DNA of 64,000 nt. Origin: Candidatus Zhuqueibacterota bacterium. Lineage in GTDB: Bacteria > Zhuqueibacterota > Zhuqueibacteria > Thermofontimicrobiales > Thermofontimicrobiaceae. A model generated the notes under the pieces. It saw only the letters and a list, made by a program, of their open reading frames with translations. It had not been told where the DNA came from and ran no database searches. The stretch is taken from the NCBI GenBank assembly GCA_049322915.1, contig JBMOPW010000014.1:605527-669526 (forward strand). Reading direction: 5' to 3'. A program made the position numbers and the translations under genes. Below are positions 1 through 10,007 of the stretch, piece by piece; the first letter of the stretch is position 1; every line of letters begins with the position of its first letter.

Positions 1-235
1 AAATCTGGCTCAAATCGAGGACCTGCTGTTCGGAGAGATTCTCTGCCACGCGCACATCGAATTTATGCGAATCATTCAGCATCAGAATAAATCCGCGTTC
101 GGCGCCGATGACCTCCATGACTCGGCTCAGGATTTTCTTCAGCAGAGGATTGATTTCCTGGAGCGTATTTATTTCCTGGCTGATTTGCGACAATGCATCT
201 AAGGGATTTTTCAATTTCTCGGTGAACCTTTCCAT
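1..235 (-). CDS. GAF-domain protein, N-terminal part (runs off the window); possibly a sigma-54-dependent regulator
   Basis: Not in the ORF track. Own translation from ATG at 235, 4 nt after the upstream stop: MERFTEKLKNPLDALSQISQEINTLQEINPLLKKILSRVMEVIGAERGFILML..., a typical GAF start (L..IL......GAERG.I.L). Confidence 0.7.
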   Translation of the reverse strand, partial: MERFTEKLKNPLDALSQISQEINTLQEINPLLKKILSRVMEVIGAERGFILMLNDSHKFDVRVAENLSEQQVLDLSQI

Positions 236-238
236 AGC

Positions 239-1234
239 TTACGCTCCCACGTCGAAGGTCGCCGGCTTGGACCGATTCCAGTTGCCATATTCGTCGACGA
301 TAGCAATGGTCCAATAATAGGAACCATTGGAGAGCGGTGATTGAATTGTATAGTGGTCGTTGCCTGAAGGAATATCACCAATCGTCATGACTTTGGTGTC
401 ATACCCCTGGTCGATGATTCGGAAAATTTCAATGGTGAACGCGAACGGGTAGGGCAGAGAGACGGAGCTCCATGTGAATGTCGGCAGCGAGCCTAATACC
501 ACTTTCCCCTGCGGCGCAACAATGAGAGGCTCTGTATCCACCACGCGGACGAGCTGGTGCGGCCCGAATTGCTGCTTTTGTCCGACGTTATCCTGCGCGA
601 GGATATGTATAGGCTTACCGATCAATTCGTGAATTGATTTGATGAGCAGGTCGGGGCAATAAAATTTGTTCTGGAACAGGCCCACGGTGGCAGTGATTTC
701 CAGCGTATCGGCAAAGGAAATATCCGGGATGAGAATTTGCACGGACTGGATATCCGCGTATCCATCCGGGTCGCTCATTGCAACCTGGCAATCGACAAGC
801 TGCGACGGTTCCGTAGGCCACCAGAGATTGATGACCCCGGTCGTCAGTTGAATGCTCTGAAGTTCCGGCAGCCCGTCCAGGTTGAATTGCACCTGTTCTG
901 TCTCGCCGGATTGAATGGCGACGTGGACTGTGTCGCTGCTGTAGCCCTCCAGCGCAGCGATCAGGCTGTAATCACCCGGGGAGACGCCGGGGAACAGGAA
1001 CGATCCGGATTGATCAGTCGCCGTTGTGTAAGCGCCGGGACCAAGGGTTAAATTGACGCTGGCGAGCGGTTTGTACGGCGCATAATAAGAATACACCGCG
1101 CCCCGGACATGTCCGAGATTTTGATATTGGCCGGATTGAGGATCCAGAGGATTGTCACGTTCCGCATTGCCAAAACATGAAAAAAATAGTAAGATGGGCA
1201 ATAACCCAACCGCACTTCGCTTCCAGCGTTTCAT
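239..1234 (-). CDS. Lipoprotein with carboxypeptidase-regulatory-like/Ig-like domains
   Basis: Lipobox FFSC, 'RDNPLDP' motif, TTATDQSGSFLFPGVSPGDYSLIAALEGY beta-sandwich pattern. Confidence 0.7.
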   Translation of the reverse strand: MKRWKRSAVGLLPILLFFSCFGNAERDNPLDPQSGQYQNLGHVRGAVYSYYAPYKPLASVNLTLGPGAYTTATDQSGSFLFPGVSPGDYSLIAALEGYSSDTVHVAIQSGETEQVQFNLDGLPELQSIQLTTGVINLWWPTEPSQLVDCQVAMSDPDGYADIQSVQILIPDISFADTLEITATVGLFQNKFYCPDLLIKSIHELIGKPIHILAQDNVGQKQQFGPHQLVRVVDTEPLIVAPQGKVVLGSLPTFTWSSVSLPYPFAFTIEIFRIIDQGYDTKVMTIGDIPSGNDHYTIQSPLSNGSYYWTIAIVDEYGNWNRSKPATFDVGA

Positions 1235-1359
1235 GGAAAAATCTGACCCTCTTTATTTATCATACCTTTTTAAAATTTCGCGACCTCACACGTATATACC
1301 CGCAGCCGCACCCAATAGCGAAATAGTAAATCCGGTTTCTCAGTCGCCGGGCAGTTCTG

Positions 1360-1929
1360 TCAGTAGAAAAGCCGAGGATTTTTAATCCGCTTTTTATCAT
1401 TGAATTCGTTTCCCTCGAACGACAGCAGCGAGCGCTTCATCACCTCGCCGCCCTGAAAACCGCCGACTGAGAAATCCGAGCGAACTGCCCGATGGCAGGG
1501 AATGATGATCGGAAAGGGATTGTTCGACAACGCATTGCCCACAGCCCGGGACGCATTCGGATGGCCTAAATGGATGGCCAGGCGCTTGTAATGGGTCACA
1601 TACCCGTACGGGATTTGAAACTCGGCGCGGAGTACCCGCTGCTGAAATTCCGGACATAAATCCAATCGCACTGAATCCAGGCTGAATTGCTGGCGTTCAC
1701 CTTCCAGAACCGAGGTGATCTGTGCGGCCATGCGATCGATTTCGGAACAGGATTTCTCGATCTCGCGGGAAAGCAATGTCCGATATATTTTTTCACTGAT
1801 TCGTACCGGGTTCGGCAGAATCACTTGCATAATTTTTGGCTCATGCTGCGCCACTGACCAGAGCAAAATGAACGTGCCAAATGGCGACTTGCCGATGTGA
1901 TATAACTTTTCGTCCTGTGTCTGCTTCAT
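1360..1929 (-). CDS. ogt: Methylated-DNA--protein-cysteine methyltransferase
   Basis: FQQRV..IPYG...Y..LA...ASRAVGNAL..NP..IIIPCHR active-site motif. Confidence 0.93.
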   Translation of the reverse strand: MKQTQDEKLYHIGKSPFGTFILLWSVAQHEPKIMQVILPNPVRISEKIYRTLLSREIEKSCSEIDRMAAQITSVLEGERQQFSLDSVRLDLCPEFQQRVLRAEFQIPYGYVTHYKRLAIHLGHPNASRAVGNALSNNPFPIIIPCHRAVRSDFSVGGFQGGEVMKRSLLSFEGNEFNDKKRIKNPRLFY

Positions 1930-2204
1930 GTCTCTGATTCACACCTGTTTCGAAATGGGAGATGGGGAGTAATTTCCTTTTGTTCTGTTCGCTTGCTCGC
2001 GTATAAATTGTCGCCATGATTCCGCTGGTTGACCGGCGCATTGCGGGGCTCCATCCGCGTTGAACAGGCTGGCCGGCATGTCGTCGCGCGATAATTGCCT
2101 CGATCATTTTCACCGCTGACCCTGCGAGGAAATGAAACGGCTGCCTGGATTCAGTCGAACGAATCGTTTGATTCATTCGGCCTCGCAAGTGATGCGCCTC
2201 AGTT

Positions 2205-2462
2205 TTATTCGCCCGAAAAGACAATGAGCCGCGCTTCGACGCCCTGAAGGAGATTTAATTTTCGAGCCATTTCTTCGTGATCCTTGCTATTGCCGACAAG
2301 TTCCAGGAAAATCAGGCCGGATTCGGTGCAATTTTCCAGGGTTCCTTCATGGAGACCCAACCGAGTTTTGATATTGCAGCCCCATGCCGTTAAAATTTGC
2401 TGCACTTTCGAGGCGGATTCCTTCCGCGCGTTGACGTTGATCAATATGACATTCTTCACCAT
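2205..2462 (-). CDS. Small ACT/NikR-C-like protein, TM1266 (iron-only hydrogenase regulator)-like family
   Basis: MVKNVILINVNARKESASKVQQILTAWGCNIKTRLGLHE...GLIFLEL pattern; start moved to the ATG at 2462. Confidence 0.65.
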   Translation of the reverse strand: MVKNVILINVNARKESASKVQQILTAWGCNIKTRLGLHEGTLENCTESGLIFLELVGNSKDHEEMARKLNLLQGVEARLIVFSGE

Positions 2463-2671
2463 AAAGAGGCCCTTTCGTTTTTGATCCGAATAACTATCGC
2501 TCACTGCCCCCGAGATTGCTCGCCCGTTCAAGTTTCCCTGAACACTTATTTTGATTTCATTGCTGAATCATGCGACGCTCTGAAAGCGTTGCTACATGTG
2601 ATGGATTCTCTCTCCCTCAAAACCGTGAATTTTGTTCACGATTTTATTGAGGCGAAATGATTAAAAGAATA

Positions 2672-2748
2672 TGAATGACCCGTTAATAGATTGGCGCCTA
2701 TATTATTATTGGGCGTACGCGTAGTGGGCGGTCGCGACCGTCCACTAC
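2672..2748. repeat. GTAG-type REP palindrome (2721-2748) with conserved ~50-bp flank; inverted copy at 56186-56261
   Basis: gtagtgggcggtcgcgaccgtccactac; the flank aligns to the reverse complement of 56214-56261. Confidence 0.8.
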
Positions 2749-2882
2749 TTTTAAATTTGAAAGAAGCCCCAATCCGTTTACATCCATCGAAGGATGCATC
2801 TTCGACATAATCCGTGCGGAACGTCCGCCATCTTTTTGGCGGATTATCAGTGTCATCCGCGTTCTATGACATGCCTGGAAAT

Positions 2883-3632
2883 TTATTTCGCTAGTTTTTC
2901 CTGCCAGAATTTCACCCATTCGGCATCGGCTCTCTCTAATCGGTTTTTTTTTAAATTTTCCCTCATCACCCGGAGGATGTCCGGGTTGTCTGACCGGAAC
3001 CAGCGCTCCATTCGCTTTTTGCCTTCCGAAGGCAGCGCCGCGACAGCGACGCTCCAGCAATAGCCCATCCCCTTGCGCAGTGCCTGGAATTCCGGGCTTT
3101 TTCTATCGGCATTGGAATGGAGAAACGATTCGGTGATCCGGTCCAGAATATCGAGGACGCGGACTGTGGAGGAGGCATCTTTCAGAAAGCGCGGCTCGCA
3201 AACAGCGGCAGCAGCAGCCCGCTGCTCCAACAGATTGCCGGCGCACCATCGCTCCATTTCATCAATCAGGTCGGACAGGTGAACATCGCCGAAGCGCTGC
3301 AACGCCATGGCCACACCTTCGCGAGTTCGCCAGCGGGGATCCGATGCCGCCAAACGCAACCGGGGTAGAACATCGAGCCGACCGTTGGCAAGCAATTTCC
3401 CCAGGCCCAGTACACCGCAGAATGCCAAAAACTCCTCCGGCGAATTGATCGGCGCCTTATCCACAGTGTAAGTCAGATATCGCAGGAAGAGCGCTTCATC
3501 GCCCAAGTCCGCGACAGCCTGGCCCAGTTCAATATTGCCTCGCGGCCCGGGCAGGCCGGATTCCCGGAGCAAGAACTCGTCCCAGTGTTGCAGTGTGGCT
3601 AATTTCTCCCTGTACATGTCAATTTTATTCAT
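2883..3632 (-). CDS. HEAT-repeat/DNA-alkylation-repair-like helical protein
   Basis: SGLPGPRGNIEL, ASDPRWRTREGVAMALQ, LRKGMGYCWSV, ENLKKNRL motifs of a conserved HEAT-like family. Confidence 0.6.
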   Translation of the reverse strand: MNKIDMYREKLATLQHWDEFLLRESGLPGPRGNIELGQAVADLGDEALFLRYLTYTVDKAPINSPEEFLAFCGVLGLGKLLANGRLDVLPRLRLAASDPRWRTREGVAMALQRFGDVHLSDLIDEMERWCAGNLLEQRAAAAAVCEPRFLKDASSTVRVLDILDRITESFLHSNADRKSPEFQALRKGMGYCWSVAVAALPSEGKKRMERWFRSDNPDILRVMRENLKKNRLERADAEWVKFWQEKLAK

Positions 3633-4522
3633 AGCTTCTCAGATGAAAATTTATAACTGAATCCAATATGCGCAGCAATGTAACTCCTGACGGCATTGAA
3701 TGCCGGCTCCCAATCATTCTCCGTGACCGCGGAGGTCAGGAAATAATCCGTGGTGCTGTTAATTGTAAAAAAGGAAGTGATGGGAAATTCAAGCCCAATC
3801 AGCAGGGACAGGCCAAAGCGCTGGCCATCATCCACTTTTGCGTACGATTTCAGGCCAATGTCAAAGGTGCGTTTCACCATCCCCAGCTTCACGCCCCCGT
3901 AGGGAGTCATTATGTGCCTCCCCGGCTGAGCCTGAGGTTTATAATACACTGCAAACGCATAAAACTGGCCACTCACTTCAGGAATGAATCGGGTTGAAAA
4001 ATTGTTCTCTGACTCTTCAGTCCTGATCTGGTCAGGTTCGCGAAATCTGGTGTAGTCGATGCTGAGACCGGCATAAATTTTCCGACCGAACACGATCTCA
4101 AATCCCAGGGAATGGGCTGAATGAAAATTATCCGCCGTTTCAATGGGAAAATAATACGGATAACCTGCCCGAGCATTCACCTGTATTTTGAGCTTCATCG
4201 CCGGAGTGCTTTTATCCGAAGGCGCTCTCTCGCCGGCAGCGATCGCTGGGACTAGACCGAATCTGGTCTGAGAAATTCCTCGTCCCAACACCCTGTCGGC
4301 GAACGGAGCATGCAACGTAACGAATTTCGCCCCGATTGTTTTCTGCTCCGATAACTCGACGTGCCCGGTCATGAATGGGTCGCGGTGCACGCTGTCCGTT
4401 GCAGACCCATTTTGAGTTTCCAGTCCGGCAACCGCCAGCCTGGCGTTAGTTTGTGCGTCCAAAAAGGCGGCAGTATTGAACATGACGAATAGGGTGAACG
4501 CGGCAAGCCTGGTCATCCCCAT
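3629..4522 (-). CDS. Outer-membrane beta-barrel protein
   Basis: Signal peptide, alternating beta strands (TPYGGVKLG, GLEFPIT), C-terminal IGFSYKF. Confidence 0.65.
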   Translation of the reverse strand: MGMTRLAAFTLFVMFNTAAFLDAQTNARLAVAGLETQNGSATDSVHRDPFMTGHVELSEQKTIGAKFVTLHAPFADRVLGRGISQTRFGLVPAIAAGERAPSDKSTPAMKLKIQVNARAGYPYYFPIETADNFHSAHSLGFEIVFGRKIYAGLSIDYTRFREPDQIRTEESENNFSTRFIPEVSGQFYAFAVYYKPQAQPGRHIMTPYGGVKLGMVKRTFDIGLKSYAKVDDGQRFGLSLLIGLEFPITSFFTINSTTDYFLTSAVTENDWEPAFNAVRSYIAAHIGFSYKFSSEKL

Positions 4523-4682
4523 GTCCTCCAGCCCATGAGACCTCCGTACGGTAACTTCGATTGAAAATCACCTGACGAGCGGGTTCTGTCCGGTGAATTC
4601 GCGAACAAACTATCATAATCTACACTATTTCCATTAAAAGTCAACAAGAAAATTGGTGTCGCCAGGTTCGTTTTTTGAGAAT

Positions 4683-4715
4683 AAAAAGCCACCCCGGGAT
4701 AATCCTGAGGTGGCT
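4683..4715 (-). terminator. Rho-independent terminator
   Basis: Minus strand agccacctcaggattatcccggggtggct followed by a T-run, downstream of the 4780-6531 gene. Confidence 0.7.
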
Positions 4716-4779
4716 GAACCAATTATATGAAGCAAAATCAATTCGGGTCAGACCTGGAATTGATTGCGTATCCTGAGTC

Positions 4780-6531
4780 CTATTTCACAAGGGACATAGT
4801 TCGGGTGTAGATGTGCTCACCGGAATTCATGCGGTACAGGTAGACGCCGCTGGACACGTGTCGGCCGGAATTATCAGTACCGTCCCATTCGACCTGATAT
4901 TCACCCTGGGTCACAGTTCGCGAAACCAGCGATTTCACTTCTTCACCCAACATGTTGTACACGTTGATGGTGATGAAGCTTTCTTTGGGGACAGCATACT
5001 TAATGATAGTCGTTGGGTTGAACGGATTGGGGTAGTTGTTGTACAAACGATACGTCTGGACCGTGGTTTCTGTGATTTCATTTTCAACGCCGGTGCCTTC
5101 ACCCTCTTCAAAAATATAAAACCAGGGATCGTCCGTAACGATGGTTCGGTCCACGCCATAGTTAAGCACCACCATCTCTTTGTGGCCGTCGCCATCCAGT
5201 TCGCCCAAATCGCCGTCCCAGAACCGGGGCGACATCTGATTGATGATGTCGGTCGAAAGATAGGTCGCCCAGTGGTTCCAAACGTCGAACGCAACGGTGA
5301 ACGTCCAGCTATTGGAATCGAGGGGATCGCCGCTGCCTTTGTATTCGATATCATAGACCTGGCCGTTGCCGGAACCGCAGATCATAATGTCCATTTTTCC
5401 ATCCTGATCCATGTCAGTTAAAATCCCGGTTCGCGCTGCCCTGCCTGTGGTGTTCATCGGATGGGTTGGATAGACAATCAGATCCACGAACGAAGCTGAA
5501 TCGACCTGGCTGACATCGGTGATGTTGCTGACGGCAAATACATGGCCCATGGCGTTGTCGTCTTTGTCGGTGGCGACGAAATACATTTCTTTGACGCCAT
5601 CGTTATTCACATCGCCGACCTGAATACCGCGCACTGTGCCGTAATCGGTATCTGCGCTCACGTGGCGAATGTACGCTTCACGGGTGAATGTTCCCGGAGC
5701 CTGGCATTCGTAGATATTGAGGGTCAATCGATCCCAGGGCGGAACGAACAATTCCAGCTTGCCGTCAGAATCCAGATCACCGGTGGCAACGCAGTACAAA
5801 CCACCGCCGTCGAAATGGTTCACGTAATTGGGATCATTGGTATCGTTGGTGATGTACCATTCGATATTCCAGTTTGGAAAATCCCAGGAATCGGTCTGGG
5901 AAATGACGTAGACAGCTTTTGGCTCGCGCATCTGGGCGATTAATTCCATGGTTCCGTCTTTGTCAATATCAATAACTTCAAATGCGAACGGAACAATGCT
6001 GTAATCATCCGCCACGTTGAAGTTCCACACAGCGCTTGGATTTACGCCGTTATCAAAGCCATACACATTCTGGCCATTGACTCCATTCCACTCGAAAACC
6101 GCGACTCGCGGGGGATTGTGGTCGACGACGTTGCCCGTCATATCCACCGGCAAGCCAACGATGATCTCCACCAGCCCATTGCCGTTCAAATCGCCAACGG
6201 TGACTGCAGACCAGTCGCGATATAGGCCATTGGGCACGGGAATGATGGGATACAGATAGACGATTTCGTAGGTGTTGTCTCCAGTCGCCTCATAGACAAC
6301 AAAATGGCAGGAGTCGCCATTTGTCGTGAGGAAAGCAAATTCGCCCTTCCCATCCTGATCAGTGTCGCCCACATATTTGACATTGGTCATTTGGCCATTG
6401 CCGCCTTCGGGCAGATCAGAAAAGCTGGCGACAAAATGGAATTTGTTATCGCCCGGGTCCTGAGCAGTCGCCATGACGGACAGCAGCAATACGATCGCAC
6501 ATGCGCTGAGCATGGTAGCAAATCTTTTCAT
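4780..6531 (-). CDS. Secreted FG-GAP/VCBS-repeat protein with T9SS type A/FlgD-Ig C-terminal domain
   Basis: Signal peptide, repeated GDxDxDGxxE motifs, NYPNPFNP...WDGTD..G..VSSGVYLY tail; RBS aaggag before ATG 6531. Confidence 0.85.
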   Translation of the reverse strand: MKRFATMLSACAIVLLLSVMATAQDPGDNKFHFVASFSDLPEGGNGQMTNVKYVGDTDQDGKGEFAFLTTNGDSCHFVVYEATGDNTYEIVYLYPIIPVPNGLYRDWSAVTVGDLNGNGLVEIIVGLPVDMTGNVVDHNPPRVAVFEWNGVNGQNVYGFDNGVNPSAVWNFNVADDYSIVPFAFEVIDIDKDGTMELIAQMREPKAVYVISQTDSWDFPNWNIEWYITNDTNDPNYVNHFDGGGLYCVATGDLDSDGKLELFVPPWDRLTLNIYECQAPGTFTREAYIRHVSADTDYGTVRGIQVGDVNNDGVKEMYFVATDKDDNAMGHVFAVSNITDVSQVDSASFVDLIVYPTHPMNTTGRAARTGILTDMDQDGKMDIMICGSGNGQVYDIEYKGSGDPLDSNSWTFTVAFDVWNHWATYLSTDIINQMSPRFWDGDLGELDGDGHKEMVVLNYGVDRTIVTDDPWFYIFEEGEGTGVENEITETTVQTYRLYNNYPNPFNPTTIIKYAVPKESFITINVYNMLGEEVKSLVSRTVTQGEYQVEWDGTDNSGRHVSSGVYLYRMNSGEHIYTRTMSLVK

Positions 6532-6585
6532 GTGTAACTCCTTTTTGTTGAATGACAAATAATAAGTGATTTAAAAAGCGAATTT

Positions 6586-6614
6586 AATATATAAAAATAT
6601 TATTCACTTGTCAA
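6586..6614 (-). promoter_or_regulatory. Sigma-70-type promoter
   Basis: TTGACA-N17-TATATT on the minus strand upstream of the FG-GAP gene. Confidence 0.65.
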
Positions 6615-6625
6615 TATAAATTATG

Positions 6626-6745
6626 GATTGTTCAAGGAAGATGACTTTTCATTCTGTATGCGTTAACCATAATCGCCGATGCCCTAATTTTATTACAACA
6701 AGCGATTCGCCTCGCAGGCAACAAACGCGGGACTCTGTGCTGCTG
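6626..6745 (+). repeat. 120-bp direct repeat, left copy (partner 14663-14782)
   Basis: Manual alignment gives 8 mismatches in 120 bp with no gaps. Confidence 0.92.
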
Positions 6746-7353
6746 CAGCGAAAGCCCTGATTGTGCAGTTCTACGGTGATGCGGGAACTGCCATCCCGCC
6801 CTTTTTAGCTGGCGTAAATGATTTTTATCGCTATGAGCAATCGTTCGTTTTCCTGTGCCCAGTTCCCAGGTGCTGTGTTCAACCACTGGTAGTAGCCATT
6901 GTGGCGCACATTTATGGCATGACATAATTTTGATAACTGAAATGCATGCCGCTGCTCATAAATAAATTGGTACTTAAAAGCAGTTGTTTCGAGAAAAAGA
7001 GCCAAGGCTTTTTTTTAAATATCCCGTTCTTCTTCAGCATCGCGCAGTCGTTTCTCGATCTGCCGCATACGCTCATCAGGTGGTTTCAGATAACCATTAC
7101 GCGGAAACGAGTGTTCGGGATCATCCTGAAATTCTTTCATCCACCGATGAAGAATATTCGGATGGATGCCAAGATTGCTTGCTACTTTCGCAATCTGATT
7201 GTCTTGTTTCAGTGCAATCTGCACAGCTTCGTGTTTGAATTCTTTGGTATAGTGTCGTCGTGTTTGTTTTTCTGACATCAGGGACACTCCTGGTTATTAT
7301 TTTTTATATATGCTCTAACTTATCTTCGTGTCCATTATAATATAGCAATTCCG
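6746..7353 (-). mobile_element. IS3-family remnant (orfA with a stop before KKA, 5' part of orfB, truncated)
   Basis: orfA MSEKQTRRHYTKEFKHEAV...VASNLGI..LHRW...ERDI*KKA; orfB KYQFI...LC.A..V...GYYQW...; IRL-like ggaattgc...aatggacac at ~7328-7353; no DDE region. Confidence 0.85.
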
Positions 7354-8243
7354 TGGATTATTGTATTGGAGGCCGGGGTTATGGATTTGAACCCTCCAGC
7401 AGTAGTACAAATTGTCGGGTAGAAAATGATATATTTAGAAAATTGCGCCATGCGTTTATTGCTGCTGCTGGTTCTAATTGCAATGTTTGGACATTCAATT
7501 ATTCTAGAAAACAACATTCTACAACACATGGGTGGACGGATTGCGTTAGCTTTTCTCATCGCTGCAATAAAGCATTGAAAGCGGATAATCAAAATACTAT
7601 TCTGCTGAATGATGTTGCTGTCAAATATGCTAATCAGGAAATCGACGTCGTCGCTAAAAATCTGCTGGTGGGCGACCTCATCGATCAGGGTGATTATCCA
7701 GGAGCCATCGAGCAGTGCCTGGCAGTAACAAAGTCATTTTCTGAAACAGAATACAATAAATACTCCCTGTACGACCTGGGTAATATTTATTGGTATTATT
7801 TAAACGATCCCAAAACCGGGGCAACGTATTACCGCCAACTCATTGCTCAATATCCTGACGATCATCTGGCAATTTCAGCGTTAGCCACTCTGGGCCAATG
7901 GGTTTCGGAAAAAAATATTAAACCCAATCCGGATCAAACCACTCCAACAGCCGAGGCGAGTCCGACCAAATTTGCTTTACTGTAAAATTATCCCAATCCC
8001 TTTAATCCCGAAACTATCATCCGCTTCGAGCTTCCAGAAGCAGCCCAATTAACCATTAAAGTGTACAACATTCTCGGCGCAGAGATCGCCACGCTGGTGA
8101 ACGAACATCTGGAAGGTGGCGCTCATGCCATTTACTGAAATGGTCAGGACAAATTTGGTAACTCAGTCGCCAACGGCGTTTAATGGGTATGAATGCGCAC
8201 GGGCGAGTTTATAGCGCAGCAGCAGGTGGTTTTGGTGCGGTAA
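7353..8243 (+). pseudogene. 5'-truncated paralog of the 11894-14338 T9SS cargo (TPR + sorting domain) with four in-frame stops in the sorting domain
   Basis: The same frame continues past the stop at 7983-7985 as [10 protein letters not shown]...Y*NGQDKFGNSVANGV*WV*MRTGEF...VVLVR*; N-terminus cut by the IS3 end. Confidence 0.88.
7689..7901 (+). repeat. 213-bp near-identical block shared with 13793-14005
   Basis: 4 mismatches in 213 bp by manual alignment; flanks clearly more diverged. Confidence 0.92.
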
Positions 8244-8635
8244 AAAAATTTTTAACATGTGATAATCATCACCTGACATTACTCTTTTTTTTTATTACAT
8301 TTACCATGACTTCAAATTGAAATCTCATCCTATGCCGTGTCAGAAGCGACACCTTTCTTAATCCTCCGCTCGTTCAACAACTACGGATGTAACCAAAAAC
8401 AGGGATGTTTGTTCAATGATAAAAAATTTTCTCAGCGCAGCGAAGCTACGATTAATAATTTTCATCGATAAATTTTCACCTTTGACTTTTTTCGCATCGA
8501 TGTTCCGCCTTCTTTTTGGTGGAAAAGTGTGGTATCCAGCTTCATTTATTGAAATATCGCGATGAAAAAAGACTGGACAAAAGTTGCTGGGTGATAACAT
8601 AACTTTCAAAAGTATTATAATGTAAGGAAAATAAT

Positions 8636-9871
8636 ATGTCGGCTCGAAAACTTCAATATGCGATGTTGTTTATACTGACGTCGATATTCGTTTCTTGTGA
8701 GGGAATTTTTAATAACGATGATTCCAAACTTACCGCCAATGCTGGTCCGGATCAGACAACTATTGTTGGCAGTTATGTAATATTGGATGCCAGCAAAAGT
8801 AACGGTAGCATTGAATGGTATGAATGGGAACAGGATGAAAAGAATCCGCAAAAAGTAAAAATTTTTTCCGGGTATGATTATTCTCGGCAACAAATCGGAT
8901 TTGTTGAAAAGGGTAGTTATAAGTTTAGATTAATTGTAAAAAGTGGAACCAAAGTCAGCGCGGCGGATGAAGCACTGGTTACAGTGAATCCCAATCCACA
9001 GAGTTTATTTGAAGATCCCAATCTGGAGATCGCAGTTCGATTTATGTTAAAATTGCCAACTGAAATCTTAACTGACGATATTCTCCTTACTTTAGATTCA
9101 TTGCGATATTTTGATATCGTAGCCGACATTTCATCGCTACAAGGCTTACAACGATGTAAAAATCTTACCTGTCTCCAAATGGATCACCAAAGCATATCGG
9201 ATATTTCTCCTGTCGCTACTTTAGCAAAACTTAGAGTATTAGATTTTGCAGAAAATCAAAAAATTAGTGATATTACACCGCTTACTAATCTAATACAATT
9301 GGAATGGATAAATCTTTCTGATAATTTAATAACTGATATATCTCCATTGGCTAATATGATAAGGTTAAAATATTTAAATTTAAGATATAATGGAAGTATA
9401 AATGATATTTCCTCTTTAAGCAATATGGTTCAATTAGAGGAATTAAAAATGGCCAATGCACTATTAACTAATCTATCCCCATTGCAAAAATTATCAAACT
9501 TAAGAACACTTTGGTTCACTAGTTGTAATATATCAGATATTTCTTATTTAAAAAATCTAAATAACCTGATAAATTTAAAAATAACTTTTGGTAATATAAA
9601 TAATTTAATGCCATTATCCAATCTAACAAAATTAGAATGGTTAGCATTAGAAAAAAATAATACTTCAGATATTTCAGCACTAAAAAATTTGCCTAATTTG
9701 GAATATGTGCGGTTGTGGGATAATCAAGTAACAAACATTAAACCATTGGTTGATAACGCCGGCGTTGGCAAGGGAGATATTGTTGCATTGAATAATAATC
9801 CTTTAGATGAAATATCAGTCAATGAGTATATCCCGGCATTACAAGCGCGTGGTGTTGCAGTTACTTGGTAA
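8636..9871 (+). CDS. Lipoprotein with PKD-like domain and internalin-type leucine-rich repeats
   Basis: Lipobox FVSC, ANAGPDQT, about nine LxxLxLxxNxIxDISPL repeats, C-cap NPL...YIPALQARGV. Confidence 0.88.
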   Translation: MSARKLQYAMLFILTSIFVSCEGIFNNDDSKLTANAGPDQTTIVGSYVILDASKSNGSIEWYEWEQDEKNPQKVKIFSGYDYSRQQIGFVEKGSYKFRLIVKSGTKVSAADEALVTVNPNPQSLFEDPNLEIAVRFMLKLPTEILTDDILLTLDSLRYFDIVADISSLQGLQRCKNLTCLQMDHQSISDISPVATLAKLRVLDFAENQKISDITPLTNLIQLEWINLSDNLITDISPLANMIRLKYLNLRYNGSINDISSLSNMVQLEELKMANALLTNLSPLQKLSNLRTLWFTSCNISDISYLKNLNNLINLKITFGNINNLMPLSNLTKLEWLALEKNNTSDISALKNLPNLEYVRLWDNQVTNIKPLVDNAGVGKGDIVALNNNPLDEISVNEYIPALQARGVAVTW

Positions 9872-10007
9872 TAGATAAAAGGGGTAGTTATTATGTTACG
9901 ATACTGGTTTTCTTACCAAACTATTTGGAGGTGTTTGAAATTTATATCTCTTGCCCCATCTTTCCAATGAATGAATTGGATGGATGGGGCAGATAAATAT
10001 AATTCTA

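Noticed and set aside
7983..8243. Stop-codon recoding or selenocysteine read-through
   Set aside because: Stops are mixed TAA and TGA at Gln/Trp/Tyr/Arg-like positions; other genes end normally with these codons, and the gene is also 5'-truncated.
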